Positions 17,200-26,278 of a stretch of 64,000 nt of DNA are shown here, in pieces. Under the pieces are notes generated by a model, which worked only from the letters and a program-made list of their open reading frames with translations, did no database searches and was not told the DNA's origin. Source of the DNA: an uncultured delta proteobacterium (GTDB lineage: Bacteria; Desulfobacterota; Desulfobaccia; Desulfobaccales; 0-14-0-80-60-11); assembly GCA_963797235.1 (NCBI GenBank), contig CAWCOX010000004.1, positions 635,332-699,331 of the forward strand, written 5' to 3'. The first letter of the stretch is position 1. The number at the start of each line of letters is the position of its first letter. The translations under genes were made by a program, and so were the position numbers.

Positions 17200-17619
17200 T
17201 CAATACGGATTCAGCAAATCCTTGTCCGGGATCGCCCCCTGGCGCACCACAAACACTGAGGCGCTCCCTTGTTTCCATTTCTTCAGTTGCAGCGCATCGG
17301 CCCCGGTCCAACGCCGGATCAAGCCGATGGGGGTGACCACCACAAAAAAGATCAGGGTGAGTACGATCTTCGAGACCACCTGGCCCATGACATGGGACAG
17401 TCCGAACCAGAGGACCGCCAGGGGCTTAAAGGCCTTGGGCCAGGTCATGGTGATCAGCAGCAAGACGATGCTGAGGCCCAAAAATTTGGGAAACTTCCCG
17501 AAGTAGCCCAACAGCAGGCAGATCAACACCATGGCCATGCCCGTGTCTTTGGCCTGCTCCAGGGTTGAACTCAGCAAACGGGAGATTATCTTAGAGCCAG
17601 CCGGCTTGTTTGGCGCCAT
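17200..17619 (-). CDS. SxtJ-like small membrane protein
   Basis: 139-aa ORF with three predicted TM helices (MAMVLICLLLGYF.., LGLSIVLLLITMTW.., IVLTLIFFVVVTPIGLI) and the tail RRWTGADALQLKKW. This resembles proteins annotated SxtJ that accompany carbamoyltransferases. Assignment from memory. Confidence 0.6.
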   Translation of the reverse strand: MAPNKPAGSKIISRLLSSTLEQAKDTGMAMVLICLLLGYFGKFPKFLGLSIVLLLITMTWPKAFKPLAVLWFGLSHVMGQVVSKIVLTLIFFVVVTPIGLIRRWTGADALQLKKWKQGSASVFVVRQGAIPDKDLLNPY

Positions 17620-17673
17620 GAAATCCTCGATAAAATGGTTATGAACAAACAGTGTTTCACTGCGGGCGATGAA

Positions 17674-17767
17674 AAATCCCCCCTCCCCCCCTTTTTCAAA
17701 GGGGGGTTTGCAAGTCCCCCTTTGGAAAAGGGGGATTTAGGGGGATTTAATATTTTCACGGTAAAGC
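17674..17767. repeat. MITE-like repeat, family A copy 4 (reverse orientation)
   Basis: AAATCCCCCCTCCCCCCCTTTTTCAAAGGGGGGTTTGCAAGTCCCCCTTTGGAAAAGGGGGATTTAGGGGGATTT followed by AATATTTTCACGGTAAAGC. Confidence 0.85.
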
Positions 17768-17966
17768 AAAAATGTGTAAAAGAGATCCTCGCTGTTCTTC
17801 AATGCTGATTTATGGTGCGGCCAGTGACTCATAGGGGAAATCGGAAATGGTTACCGCCTGATGTTTGCGGGCCTCATTTCGACTTTAGATTTATGGCATT
17901 ATCTTACACGAAATAAAATTTATTTCCAGGGTTTCTCGTCCCGAGCCCTGATCGACGGGAGGTAAC

Positions 17967-18584
17967 ATGAGCGCTATGCAGCCCGATATGGAAAACTACT
18001 TCCGGAACTTCGTCCCCCGGCGCGACTCCCTGCTCCTGGAACTGGAACGCCAGGCCCAGGCCGAAGGCATCCCCATCGTCGGCCCGGTGGTGGGCGAGCT
18101 GCTCTTTATCCTGGCCCGGGTTACCGGGGCGGCCAATCTCCTGGAGCTGGGCACCGCCACCGGCTACTCCGCCATCTACCTGGCCAAGGGGTGCGAACCC
18201 GCCGGCGGCCGCGTCCTCACCCTGGAATGGGATGAGGCCATGGCGGCCCGGGCCCGGGGGAACCTGGCAGCAGCCGGAGTCTCCCAGAGGGTGGAAGTGC
18301 GCCCGGGCGACGCCTTGCAGCTCATGGCCGCCCTGGAAGGCCCCTGCGACTTGATCTTCATGGACCTCGACAAGGAGTCTTATCTCCCGGCCCTGCCCCA
18401 CTGCCGCCGCCTCCTGAAGCCCGGCGGTTTGCTGATCACCGACAACGTCGGTTTTACCGGGGCCGCGCCGTTCAACCAGGAGATCTTCGCTTCCAGGGAC
18501 TGGCGCACCGTCCACCTCCTCAGCTTCCTGCCCAGCCACTCCCCGGAGCACGACGGCCTCTCTTTGGCGGTGCGGGTGAAGTGA
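17967..18584 (+). CDS. class I SAM-dependent O-methyltransferase (caffeoyl-CoA OMT-like, family 3)
   Basis: 205-aa ORF. LLELGTATGYSAIYLA (SAM motif I), RVLTLEWD, DLIFMDLDKESY and LLKPGGLLITDN match cation-dependent O-methyltransferases. GGGAGG RBS before ATG 17967. Confidence 0.85.
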   Translation: MSAMQPDMENYFRNFVPRRDSLLLELERQAQAEGIPIVGPVVGELLFILARVTGAANLLELGTATGYSAIYLAKGCEPAGGRVLTLEWDEAMAARARGNLAAAGVSQRVEVRPGDALQLMAALEGPCDLIFMDLDKESYLPALPHCRRLLKPGGLLITDNVGFTGAAPFNQEIFASRDWRTVHLLSFLPSHSPEHDGLSLAVRVK

Positions 18585-18730
18585 GCAGTGAGCGGTGAGC
18601 AGGGAGCAGGGAAAGCCCAGTCTGAGCCGGCGCAGGCTGAAGCCTGCGGCTACAGGTAATGAGGGCAGGCGAGACGCCTGCCCTACCAATCTAGGTGTTC
18701 GCCCTGGGCGAATACAGGATTCGCCCCTAC
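18581..18730. repeat. mosaic repeat block (CAGT array + three REP-like hairpins)
   Basis: GTGAGCAGTGAGCGGTGAGCAGGGAGCAGGG (18581-18611). GCGCAGGCTGAAGCCTGCGGCTAC (18630-18653). GGGCAGGCGAGACGCCTGCCCTAC (18663-18686). GGCGAATACAGGATTCGCCCCTAC (18707-18730). The last CTA supplies the TAG stop of the SGNH gene on the minus strand. Confidence 0.85.
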
Positions 18731-19875
18731 TGGATCAGCGGCTTTAACCGTGCCGCGATGATCTTGGCCGCGTAAATCGACCCGGCGTCGTTAAAATGCA
18801 CCATGTCATAGAAGTGCTCCTGGTCCGGCGGCACTCCCTTGGCCAGGTCGATGACCAGGACCCCGTTTTTCTGCCCCACCTGCCGAATGGTGTCGTTGAA
18901 CCGATCGTACACCGCCTTAAAATCCTGATAAGCAACCCCGGTGTCCCGGCTATACTGGCCGATGTACGTCGCCACCACCGGATCGGGCTTAGCCGTGATG
19001 CGGTTGCCCTGGGTCATCAGCACCGGCGTGATGGACCGATCCCGGCAGATATCCACGAACATCTGCAGGTTCATGGCGAATTCCCGGGCCAGGCCGTCCC
19101 GATCCAGGGTCAGCTTCTGTTTATGGGCCTGGGCAAACTCGTCTTCCTCTTGCGGCCACAGGGTCCTGGTAAAATTCCGCCAGGCCTCATTGAGATTGGG
19201 AATCAGAACCTCTTTCAACATCTTGCCGATCAGCTTGCCCTTGACCAGGGTCTCGATGGGCGCCCTGACGTTATTTTTGTTCCAGTAAGTCTTCTCGTAC
19301 AGCAGGGTGCTCAGGTCGTTGATGTTCTCCATGAACACCACCACCCGGGGTTGCAGGGGGATCACCTTGTTGACCAGGAGGTCGATGGCGTGCAGGCTGT
19401 TGTTGCCCGACAGGCCGCCGTTATAGGCATTGATCCGCTTGCCGGTCTCCCGCTCCAGAAGCACACCCACCACATAAGGAAAGCGATTCCCCTCCTCCAT
19501 AAACATGCATTCCGTGGTGGAGCCTCCCAGGAAGACGAGGCTCAGGTCCGGGTCGGCGTAGCGTTTGGAGGGCTTGATGAAGCCGTTCTCATCAATGTCC
19601 ACCTTATAGGTCTGGGTGAAGACGTTGTCGGTGTAGGGCAGGTGGTTTTTCGGGAATTGCAGCCGCATCTGCCGCCGGGGCCGCTGCTCCCTGAGCTTGA
19701 TGTAGCGCCGTTCGGTCTCGGCCTCCAGCACGATGCCGCGCCGGTGGTTGATAAACCCCAAAAGCCGTTCCGCCCCGAATACCATGACCAAAAGAAAAAC
19801 CAGCACCACCGTGACCAGGGTCTTCCCGGGATTCTGCTGGAACCAACTGTCTGCCTGAGGCTGGCTTTTTCCCAT
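18727..19875 (-). CDS. SGNH/GDSL-type hydrolase (probable polysaccharide esterase/acyl-modifying enzyme), N-terminally membrane-anchored
   Basis: 382-aa ORF. TM anchor LVTVVLVFLLVMVFGA. SGNH blocks FLGGSTTE (block I Ser), GGLSGNNS (Gly/Asn blocks) and DMVHFNDAG (Asp-x-x-His). Confidence 0.65.
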   Translation of the reverse strand: MGKSQPQADSWFQQNPGKTLVTVVLVFLLVMVFGAERLLGFINHRRGIVLEAETERRYIKLREQRPRRQMRLQFPKNHLPYTDNVFTQTYKVDIDENGFIKPSKRYADPDLSLVFLGGSTTECMFMEEGNRFPYVVGVLLERETGKRINAYNGGLSGNNSLHAIDLLVNKVIPLQPRVVVFMENINDLSTLLYEKTYWNKNNVRAPIETLVKGKLIGKMLKEVLIPNLNEAWRNFTRTLWPQEEDEFAQAHKQKLTLDRDGLAREFAMNLQMFVDICRDRSITPVLMTQGNRITAKPDPVVATYIGQYSRDTGVAYQDFKAVYDRFNDTIRQVGQKNGVLVIDLAKGVPPDQEHFYDMVHFNDAGSIYAAKIIAARLKPLIQ

Positions 19876-20016
19876 GATTTTTGCGCCTTGCCGCCTTCGC
19901 CGGAGAGATTATTCTTCTTACCAGGTTGGGCTATTATCTGGTATAAATGGGGGTGCACCGGCTTGGCCGGATTCCCGTCATGATATTATACCACTCCGAT
20001 CCCGGTTCCGAACCTG

Positions 20017-21429
20017 ATGCCCGCCGCCAGTCCTGACCAGCCCGGCCACTACCGTATTCTCCAGAAATTCGCCTATCTCCTCAGCGCCCGCGGGGTCCGG
20101 GGCCTCATGGAGACCGTCTTTCTCCTCTACCTGGCCCGGCACAGCACCACCACCTTTGGCGAATTCACCCTGGCCCTGGGGCTGGGCAGCATCCTGCTGA
20201 CGGTATCGGAGTTCGGGCTCAACGTGCCGCTGGTGACTCTCCTGTCCCGGCAGGATCGGCAGCCGGGCGAGGCCCTGGGCCAGGTCACCTTCCTGAAGGG
20301 GCTGCTGCTGGCCCTGGCTGCCCTGGGAGCCGTGGTCTTCGTGGAATTGCAGGGCTACCCTGCGCCCCTGCGCCGCCTCATGCTGCTGCTGGCGTGCGCG
20401 GTGGCCCTGGACGCCCTGTCCAAAACCTTTTTCGTGGCCCTCCAGGTGCAGGGCCGCCAGGATCTCCAGGGCAAGCTCTCAGCCCTGGCGGCGGCCCTGG
20501 GATTCGGCTACGGCCTCACCGCCCTGGTGCTCGGGGCCCCACCCCTGGCCGTGGCCGCCTTTAAACTCATCGAGACCCTGGTCAACCTGGCCGGCGGGAT
20601 CTGGCTGGCCCTGGCCCAGCGGCAATTCCGCCCCACCTGGCCGCCCGTCAGGCGCTTGTGGCGCACCCTGCGCCTGGGCGCAGTCTTTGGCCTCATCGAG
20701 GTGACCGCCACCACTTACAACAAGGCCAACATCTTTTTCCTGCAGCACTACGCCGGGTCCGGCGCCGTGGCCCAATACGGCGCCGCCTGGGGCCTGGTGG
20801 ACGGCGTCTCCACCCAGGTCTCCAGCCTGCTGCTCCAGGCCATCCTCTATCCCCTGTTCGTCAAGCTCTGGGAGACGGACCGGGACCGGGTGCCCCGCCT
20901 GGCCCAGAATACCGCCCGCTGGCTCATGGCTGCGGCCCTGGTGGCGATGACGGGCCTGTTCCTGGAGAGCGACCGGCTCATCCCGCTGCTGGTCGGACCC
21001 CGCTACCCGGAGGCCATCTGGCTCCAGAAGGTGATGGTGGTCACGGTGGCCTTCGGCTTCCTCCAGAACCTGGGGGCCTTCCTGATGATCAGTATGGGTT
21101 TGCCCCGGCTGCTCCTGACCTTTTACTTGATCGGGCTGGTGATCAATCTCCTCTGGTGTTCACTGGCCATGCCCCTGAGCCCGCTGCTGGGCTCGGCCCT
21201 GGCCGTGGTGGTCACCAAGGGCGCCGTGGCCGCCCTGGTCGTGGGCTTCTGCCAGTGGCGCCTGGGCCTGCTGCCGAAAAAACCCTTTCTGCACCTGGCT
21301 GCGACAACCCTGACCGGCATGGTTCTGTACCTGCTGGCGATGGCCCGCCTGCCCCGGGAAGTGGCCGAAGCCCTGGCCCTGGCCCCCACCCTGGCCCTGG
21401 CCTTCCACTGGTGGCGCTCAGAGGAATGA
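20017..21429 (+). CDS. MOP-superfamily polysaccharide flippase (Wzx-like)
   Basis: 470-aa ORF. It is hydrophobic throughout (about 12-14 TM segments), with short Arg-rich loops, as in oligosaccharide flippases. It lies inside a glycosyltransferase cluster. Confidence 0.7.
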   Translation: MPAASPDQPGHYRILQKFAYLLSARGVRGLMETVFLLYLARHSTTTFGEFTLALGLGSILLTVSEFGLNVPLVTLLSRQDRQPGEALGQVTFLKGLLLALAALGAVVFVELQGYPAPLRRLMLLLACAVALDALSKTFFVALQVQGRQDLQGKLSALAAALGFGYGLTALVLGAPPLAVAAFKLIETLVNLAGGIWLALAQRQFRPTWPPVRRLWRTLRLGAVFGLIEVTATTYNKANIFFLQHYAGSGAVAQYGAAWGLVDGVSTQVSSLLLQAILYPLFVKLWETDRDRVPRLAQNTARWLMAAALVAMTGLFLESDRLIPLLVGPRYPEAIWLQKVMVVTVAFGFLQNLGAFLMISMGLPRLLLTFYLIGLVINLLWCSLAMPLSPLLGSALAVVVTKGAVAALVVGFCQWRLGLLPKKPFLHLAATTLTGMVLYLLAMARLPREVAEALALAPTLALAFHWWRSEE

Positions 21430-21537
21430 GTTCCCAGTTCCCAGTTTTTAGTTTTTAGTTTTTGTAGTTTTGATTTTGATTTTTCTGATCACTGATCACT
21501 GATCACTGGCTACTGCCTTTACTGCTCACTCCTCACT
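21428..21537. repeat. three-module short-tandem-repeat element (TTCCCAG heptamers / T-rich repeats / ACTG hexamers)
   Basis: GAGTTCCCAGTTCCCAG + TTTTTAGTTTTTAGTTTTTGTAGTTTTGATTTTGATTTTT + CTGATCACTGATCACTGATCACTGGCTACTGCCTTTACTGCTCACTCCTCACT. The same module order occurs at 27690-27772. Confidence 0.85.
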
Positions 21538-22691
21538 ATCTCCACCACCTTGCCTCGCCAGCCCACATGGTAAATAATCCCCCGCCAACGCATCTCCATG
21601 GTTAACAGGGTCTTCAGGTGGCACCAACTGGCCAGGAACAGGGCCGCAAAGAAAGCCGGCAGCCATTTTGCCAGGGGGCCGGGGTGCGGGTGATAGGAGC
21701 GCAAGGCGAGGCCTAATCCCGTGAGTCCCGCCAGAAACAGGGCGCCAGCCAGGGCCGGACCCGCGGCCGCCACCCCCAGGGGCAGCAAGAATAGACGCAC
21801 CCCGGCCAGGAGCACCAGGGCCAGAAATACATGCACCACCAAGCCCCCGGCCAGCCAGGTGGCGGGCATGCAAAACTTCAGGTAGAGCCATTGGCGGAGC
21901 AGCCAGTCCTGCCAGCCCGCCAGGCTCTCGCGGTCGAGTGGAGTGCGGAGGCTGGCCCCAGGGGAGAGCACTACCGGGATGCCGGCCCGCACCAGCCGGG
22001 CCGCCAGGGAGACGTCGTCCACGATATTTTCGGCCCAGAGCCGGGCCACGTTCAGACTTTCAAACAGGCTGCGACGGATGGCGGTGGCGCCGCCCCAGGG
22101 CTGGTTCAGGCGGCGAAAATCCTTGGTCAAGTACAGGGTCAGGACCGAAATGGCCCGGCCCAAAGCGGCTATCCCGGGCTCGGCGGCGATGACATGATGA
22201 AATCCGCAGGAAACCTGGGCCTCTCTCCGGACAATGGGCGCCACCAGTTCCTTGAGCCAGCCGGCCTCGGCCTCCTGATTGCTGTCGCAAAAGACCAGGA
22301 TCTCGGGAGTCCGGCCCACCAGTTGCACCGCGGCCAGCAGGTTCTGATTCTTCTGGCCGCAGGCCCGGGCCGGACCGGCGACCACGTGCCGGGCCCCGGA
22401 AAATTTTGGCAAGAGCGACCGAATGACGGCCGTGGCCGGGTCCGCCGCGTCCCGGGTGGCAAACACCACCTGGTAATCGGGGTAATCCTGGCTGAGCAGC
22501 CGCGCCAGACGCGTCGCCAAGCCCGCCGCCGCGCCGGTCACCGGCACCAGCACCGAGACCTGCGGCCAGGGTCCGGTAATTTGGCCCACCTCCAGCCGGG
22601 CTCCCGGCCGTAAAGGCCGCCCGCCGACGAAGATCAAGACCGCCAGGGCGAGAAGCACCAAAGCCATGGCAGCCACCTGGAAAACCTCCAT
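21519..22691 (-). CDS. membrane-bound glycosyltransferase family 2 (GT21/ceramide-glucosyltransferase-like architecture)
   Basis: Start at ATG 22691 (MEVFQVAAMALV.., GAGGA RBS). N-terminal TM helix. GT-A domain VSVLVPVTGAAAGL..DYQVVFATRD..ILVFCDSNQ (DxD-like). C-terminal TM bundle. The listed TTG start at 22742 is less likely. Confidence 0.75.
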   Translation of the reverse strand: MEVFQVAAMALVLLALAVLIFVGGRPLRPGARLEVGQITGPWPQVSVLVPVTGAAAGLATRLARLLSQDYPDYQVVFATRDAADPATAVIRSLLPKFSGARHVVAGPARACGQKNQNLLAAVQLVGRTPEILVFCDSNQEAEAGWLKELVAPIVRREAQVSCGFHHVIAAEPGIAALGRAISVLTLYLTKDFRRLNQPWGGATAIRRSLFESLNVARLWAENIVDDVSLAARLVRAGIPVVLSPGASLRTPLDRESLAGWQDWLLRQWLYLKFCMPATWLAGGLVVHVFLALVLLAGVRLFLLPLGVAAAGPALAGALFLAGLTGLGLALRSYHPHPGPLAKWLPAFFAALFLASWCHLKTLLTMEMRWRGIIYHVGWRGKVVEIVRSEQ

Positions 22692-22822
22692 CGAATCCTC
22701 ACTTAGGCAGAAAGGCGGTGGTTCGAGGAAAGCCGGGGGCAAACCGTGCCGGCGGCCCTGAGGCCGCCAATCAAGGGATTTAGGCCGGTTAAAGGTCCAC
22801 CCTGAGGCAGCATCTCCGAAAA

Positions 22823-23612
22823 TTAACCCTCATTCGACCACTCATTCAATCCGATGACGCCTTGTTGAACCTCCAGATAATGGATTTTTTCAGAGGTCCA
22901 GGCCCCGGCATTGGCAAAAATCTTGTCGCCCTCCAGAATATGCAGGCCAGGCCGATGCGTATGGCCGAGAATGACGATATCGAAGCCCCGGGTAAAAAGC
23001 TTCAGGGCCGCACCCAGGTTGCCGGGGGCATCTAACAGAGCGTTTTTACACCCCTTGACTTTTTTATTGATTAATTCTTGCAGATACCATTCTATTTTGA
23101 AATAAAGATGAAAAAACTTGGGAGAAAGCTTCAGCAATTTGCCCAGAACCCAGGCCAGGTGCAGGTATAGTCTGGGAAAATACAAAAAGCGTTGGTCATA
23201 AATATGGCCATGTTCAATATGGATCCGCCGATTGCCGGAGATTACCTCCAAACAAGGGATGACCGAGAAAATGCCCAACTCCGCCAGATAGGCTTCCAAG
23301 TGAATGTCATGGTTGCCCCGCACAAAATAGATTTTTTTCCCGCCCTGAGAAAGAAAATCTTTTAAGCTTTGGATAGCTGCTTGCAGATCCCGGACTAATT
23401 TTGGCGCCGAAGATTGCAATAAATCGATGAAGTCGCCATTGATGCACAGGCTGACGCTCTTTCTGGAAAGATATTTCGTGAATGATTTGAGATAGTCGCT
23501 TCTCATAAAGGCAGGGTTGCCTAAATGCAGGTCGGAGATTACACAGAGATGATCTTCGTTAACTAGAATACCGGCTCCTGGCAGCGGTCCAAATAAAAAA
23601 ACTTCTGGGCAT
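22823..23612 (-). CDS. calcineurin-like metallophosphoesterase, LpxH-like; N-terminus needs a one-base correction in an A7/T7 run (23595-23601)
   Basis: Motifs VISDLHLG (encoded upstream of the listed Met at 23506), NGDFIDL, VRGNHD, HGH and LGHTH. The frame stays open upstream. ATG 23612 joins it if one T of the T7 run is removed (MPRSFLFGPLPGAGILVNEDHLCVISDLHLG). The gene is visibly AT-richer than its flanks. Confidence 0.65.
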
Positions 23613-23852
23613 GATAATTCATGGTGGCCGTCTAATCAAGAGGTTTCTATGGCGGCCAGGTCAACCGTGAAACGGCAAAAATTTAGGGCCGGCGATTATG
23701 GCCCTGGGGCTAGCCGCGCCCATTAAGTTTATCGGCTCGTTGCCTCACCGCCATAATTATTTGGGGCATAATGTCTGAGGTGCCTCGATCCACCCTGATC
23801 ACCTGCCGGGGGATTGACCTATCGCCCCGGCTGGTTTACATTCCCTGACCAT

Positions 23853-24911
23853 ATGGCCAAGATTCTCTACGGCGTGCACGGCACCGGCCACGGCCACGCG
23901 GTCCGCGCCCTCACCCTCGCCCGGCACTTCGCCAAGGCGGGCCACGAGTTCCTCTTCGTCAGCCACGGCGCCGGCGCCGACCTCCTGCGCCGGGAATTCC
24001 CGGTGGAGGACGTCCCCAACCCCGCCACCCCCATCCGGGGCCACAAGGTGGCCCTGGCCGCCACCATCTACTCCAACCTGTCGGTGCGCCGCCGCTCCCG
24101 GACCTACCTCGAGCAAATCTCCAGGATCATGGAGCGTTTCCAGCCGGACGTGACCATGAGCGACTACGAGTATTTCGTGCCCCGGGCCGCCCGCTGGGCC
24201 GGCCTGCCCTGCCTGTCGGTGGACCACCAGCACGTCATCACCGCCTGCCGCCATCCGGTCCCCTGGGCTCAAACCTTGGCCTATCTCTCCACCGCCTGGG
24301 CGGTGCAGAAGTTTTTCAGCCGGGCCAGCGACCACCTGGTGATCTCCTTTTTCCGGCCGCAGGTGACGCCTGGGGTCAGGGCCAGGGTCCTGCCGCCCCT
24401 GCTGCGGGAGACGGTGCTGGGGCGTCGCCCCTCAGCGGGCGACCACGTCGTGGCCTACCAGGGGTATGCCACCTTCAAACGCTTCTTACCATTCCTCCGG
24501 GCCATCCCCTCCAGGGTCATGGTCTATGGCTTCGATACCACCGGCGCCGACGGCAACCTGCGCTTCCAGAAAAATTCCGAAACCGGCTTTCTGGACGATC
24601 TCGCCTCCTGCCGCTACGTGGTCTGCGGCGGCAGCCACACCCTCCTCTCCGAGGCCCTCTACTACGGCAAGCCGGTGATCTCCTTCCCCATCCAGGGCGC
24701 GTTCGAGCAGTTCCTCAACGCCTTTTACCTGGAACGCCTGGGCTACGGCCGCTATTTCACCGGATTGAACCCCGACCCCCAGATCATCCCCGCCTTTGAG
24801 GCTAGACTTGCGGATTATCAAAGGAACCTCGGCCAGGAGACCTTCTGCGGCAACCAGGAAATCTTCGCCCTGGTGGAACAGTTCATTCGGGAGAAAAGGC
24901 TGAAATATTAA
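23853..24911 (+). CDS. GT-B glycosyltransferase of the MJ1255/VC2487 (GT28-like) type
   Basis: Start MAKILYGVHGTGHGHAVRALTLARHF (glycine/histidine-rich N-terminus characteristic of this uncharacterised UDP-glycosyltransferase family). C-terminal CGGSHTLLSEALYYGKPVISFP. Confidence 0.7.
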   Translation: MAKILYGVHGTGHGHAVRALTLARHFAKAGHEFLFVSHGAGADLLRREFPVEDVPNPATPIRGHKVALAATIYSNLSVRRRSRTYLEQISRIMERFQPDVTMSDYEYFVPRAARWAGLPCLSVDHQHVITACRHPVPWAQTLAYLSTAWAVQKFFSRASDHLVISFFRPQVTPGVRARVLPPLLRETVLGRRPSAGDHVVAYQGYATFKRFLPFLRAIPSRVMVYGFDTTGADGNLRFQKNSETGFLDDLASCRYVVCGGSHTLLSEALYYGKPVISFPIQGAFEQFLNAFYLERLGYGRYFTGLNPDPQIIPAFEARLADYQRNLGQETFCGNQEIFALVEQFIREKRLKY

Positions 24912-24989
24912 CCGCAGATGAACGCCGATGGACACAGATGAAAAAATCTGATCCAGCGGCGTGCATCTGCGGTTAAATCCCAGGTTCTT

Positions 24990-26210
24990 TTATTTACACA
25001 AGCCCTCAAATAACGCCTTTAAGCGACTATAATTCCTCACGGAGTCGAATTCCCGAGCCACCAGCTCTCGCCCCGCCGAGGCCCGGCGCCGGGCCTCGGC
25101 CTGGTCGGAGCAGGCCTCCCGCACCGCCCGGGCCAGCGCTTCCGGGTCCGAAGGCTTCGCCAGCCAACCGGTTTCCGGGGGCCGGATGACCTCCGGCAGG
25201 CCCGAAACATCGGTAGCCACCACCGGCACCTCCTGGCTCAGGGCCTCCAGGACCACGTTGGGGATACCGTCCCGATCGCCGGAAGGGGTGATGAGGCTGG
25301 GCATGAGGAACAGGTCGGCGCATTTAAGCAGCCGGGGCACCTCCCGATGGGGCACGAAACCGGTTAGGGTGACCTTGGCCTGCAAGCGGTATTGGGCGAT
25401 TAATTGTTGCAGCTTGTGGCGCTCGGGGCCGTCGCCCGCCAGGGTGAGGTGAAAGGCGAAGCCCTCCTGGTCCAGCCGGCGGCAGGCCGCCAAAAGCAGG
25501 TCGTACCCCTTCTTGGGCACCAGGCGGCCCAGGGCCAGGAGCCGAAAAGGGGGCTGCCAGGCTCGCTCCGGGGCGGGCTGCGGCGCCAGGGAGACGCCAT
25601 TGTAAATATTGACGATCTTGGTTGCGTCAAAGGAAGCCAATTCCTTCAAATAGCCTTCATTGGCGCGGGTATTGGTACGCACCAGGCTGGCCGCAGCCAG
25701 CTTCGTAAGCAAGGCCCCGTCCGGGGGGTGCAGGTCCCGGGCCCGGGCGCTGAAGCTGAAGGGGATGCCGGAAAGGTGCGAGGCCACCCAGGCCGCGGTG
25801 GCCGGGCCGTCGGCCCAGGGGGCATGGATATGCCGGATGCCTTCGGCTTGAAACCGCCCGGCTAAATGGACGCCCGCCAGCGCGGCCCAAAAGGCCTCCC
25901 CCGCGGTCTCCAGGCTGCGCCAGCGGCGGCAGAGCACCTGCCGCAGCCAGCGCCCGGCGTCGGGACCCCAGTCCCGGTTCAGATGCATCAAGTCTTTGAT
26001 CAGCCTGCCCGCGGCCGGCAGACCGAGATGGCTGACCGGGGCCAAACCCGGCGCCATCCCGGCGATCCGGGCGGGCGGCCGCGGCCCGTAAAGGGTGTAG
26101 ACCCGCACCTCCAGGCCCAGCCGCACCAGGGTGTTGACCTCTTCCAGGACAAAGGTCTGGGAGGGCTCCGGGAACCAGAGCAGGATGTAGGCCACCCGCG
26201 GGTTGGACAT
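24990..26210 (-). CDS. glycosyltransferase family 4 (WcaL-like)
   Basis: 406-aa ORF. The N-terminus VAYILLWFPEPSQTFVLEEVNTL is typical of WcaL-like GT4 proteins. C-terminal FLMPSLITPSGDRDGIPNVVLEALSQEVPVVATDVSGLPEV. Confidence 0.85.
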   Translation of the reverse strand: MSNPRVAYILLWFPEPSQTFVLEEVNTLVRLGLEVRVYTLYGPRPPARIAGMAPGLAPVSHLGLPAAGRLIKDLMHLNRDWGPDAGRWLRQVLCRRWRSLETAGEAFWAALAGVHLAGRFQAEGIRHIHAPWADGPATAAWVASHLSGIPFSFSARARDLHPPDGALLTKLAAASLVRTNTRANEGYLKELASFDATKIVNIYNGVSLAPQPAPERAWQPPFRLLALGRLVPKKGYDLLLAACRRLDQEGFAFHLTLAGDGPERHKLQQLIAQYRLQAKVTLTGFVPHREVPRLLKCADLFLMPSLITPSGDRDGIPNVVLEALSQEVPVVATDVSGLPEVIRPPETGWLAKPSDPEALARAVREACSDQAEARRRASAGRELVAREFDSVRNYSRLKALFEGLCK

Positions 26211-26278
26211 CTTGGTAGCTTCAGTCTTTATGGCATGGCCCTGCTACGAAAATTTTTGTAGGGTGCGTCCTACGCCAA

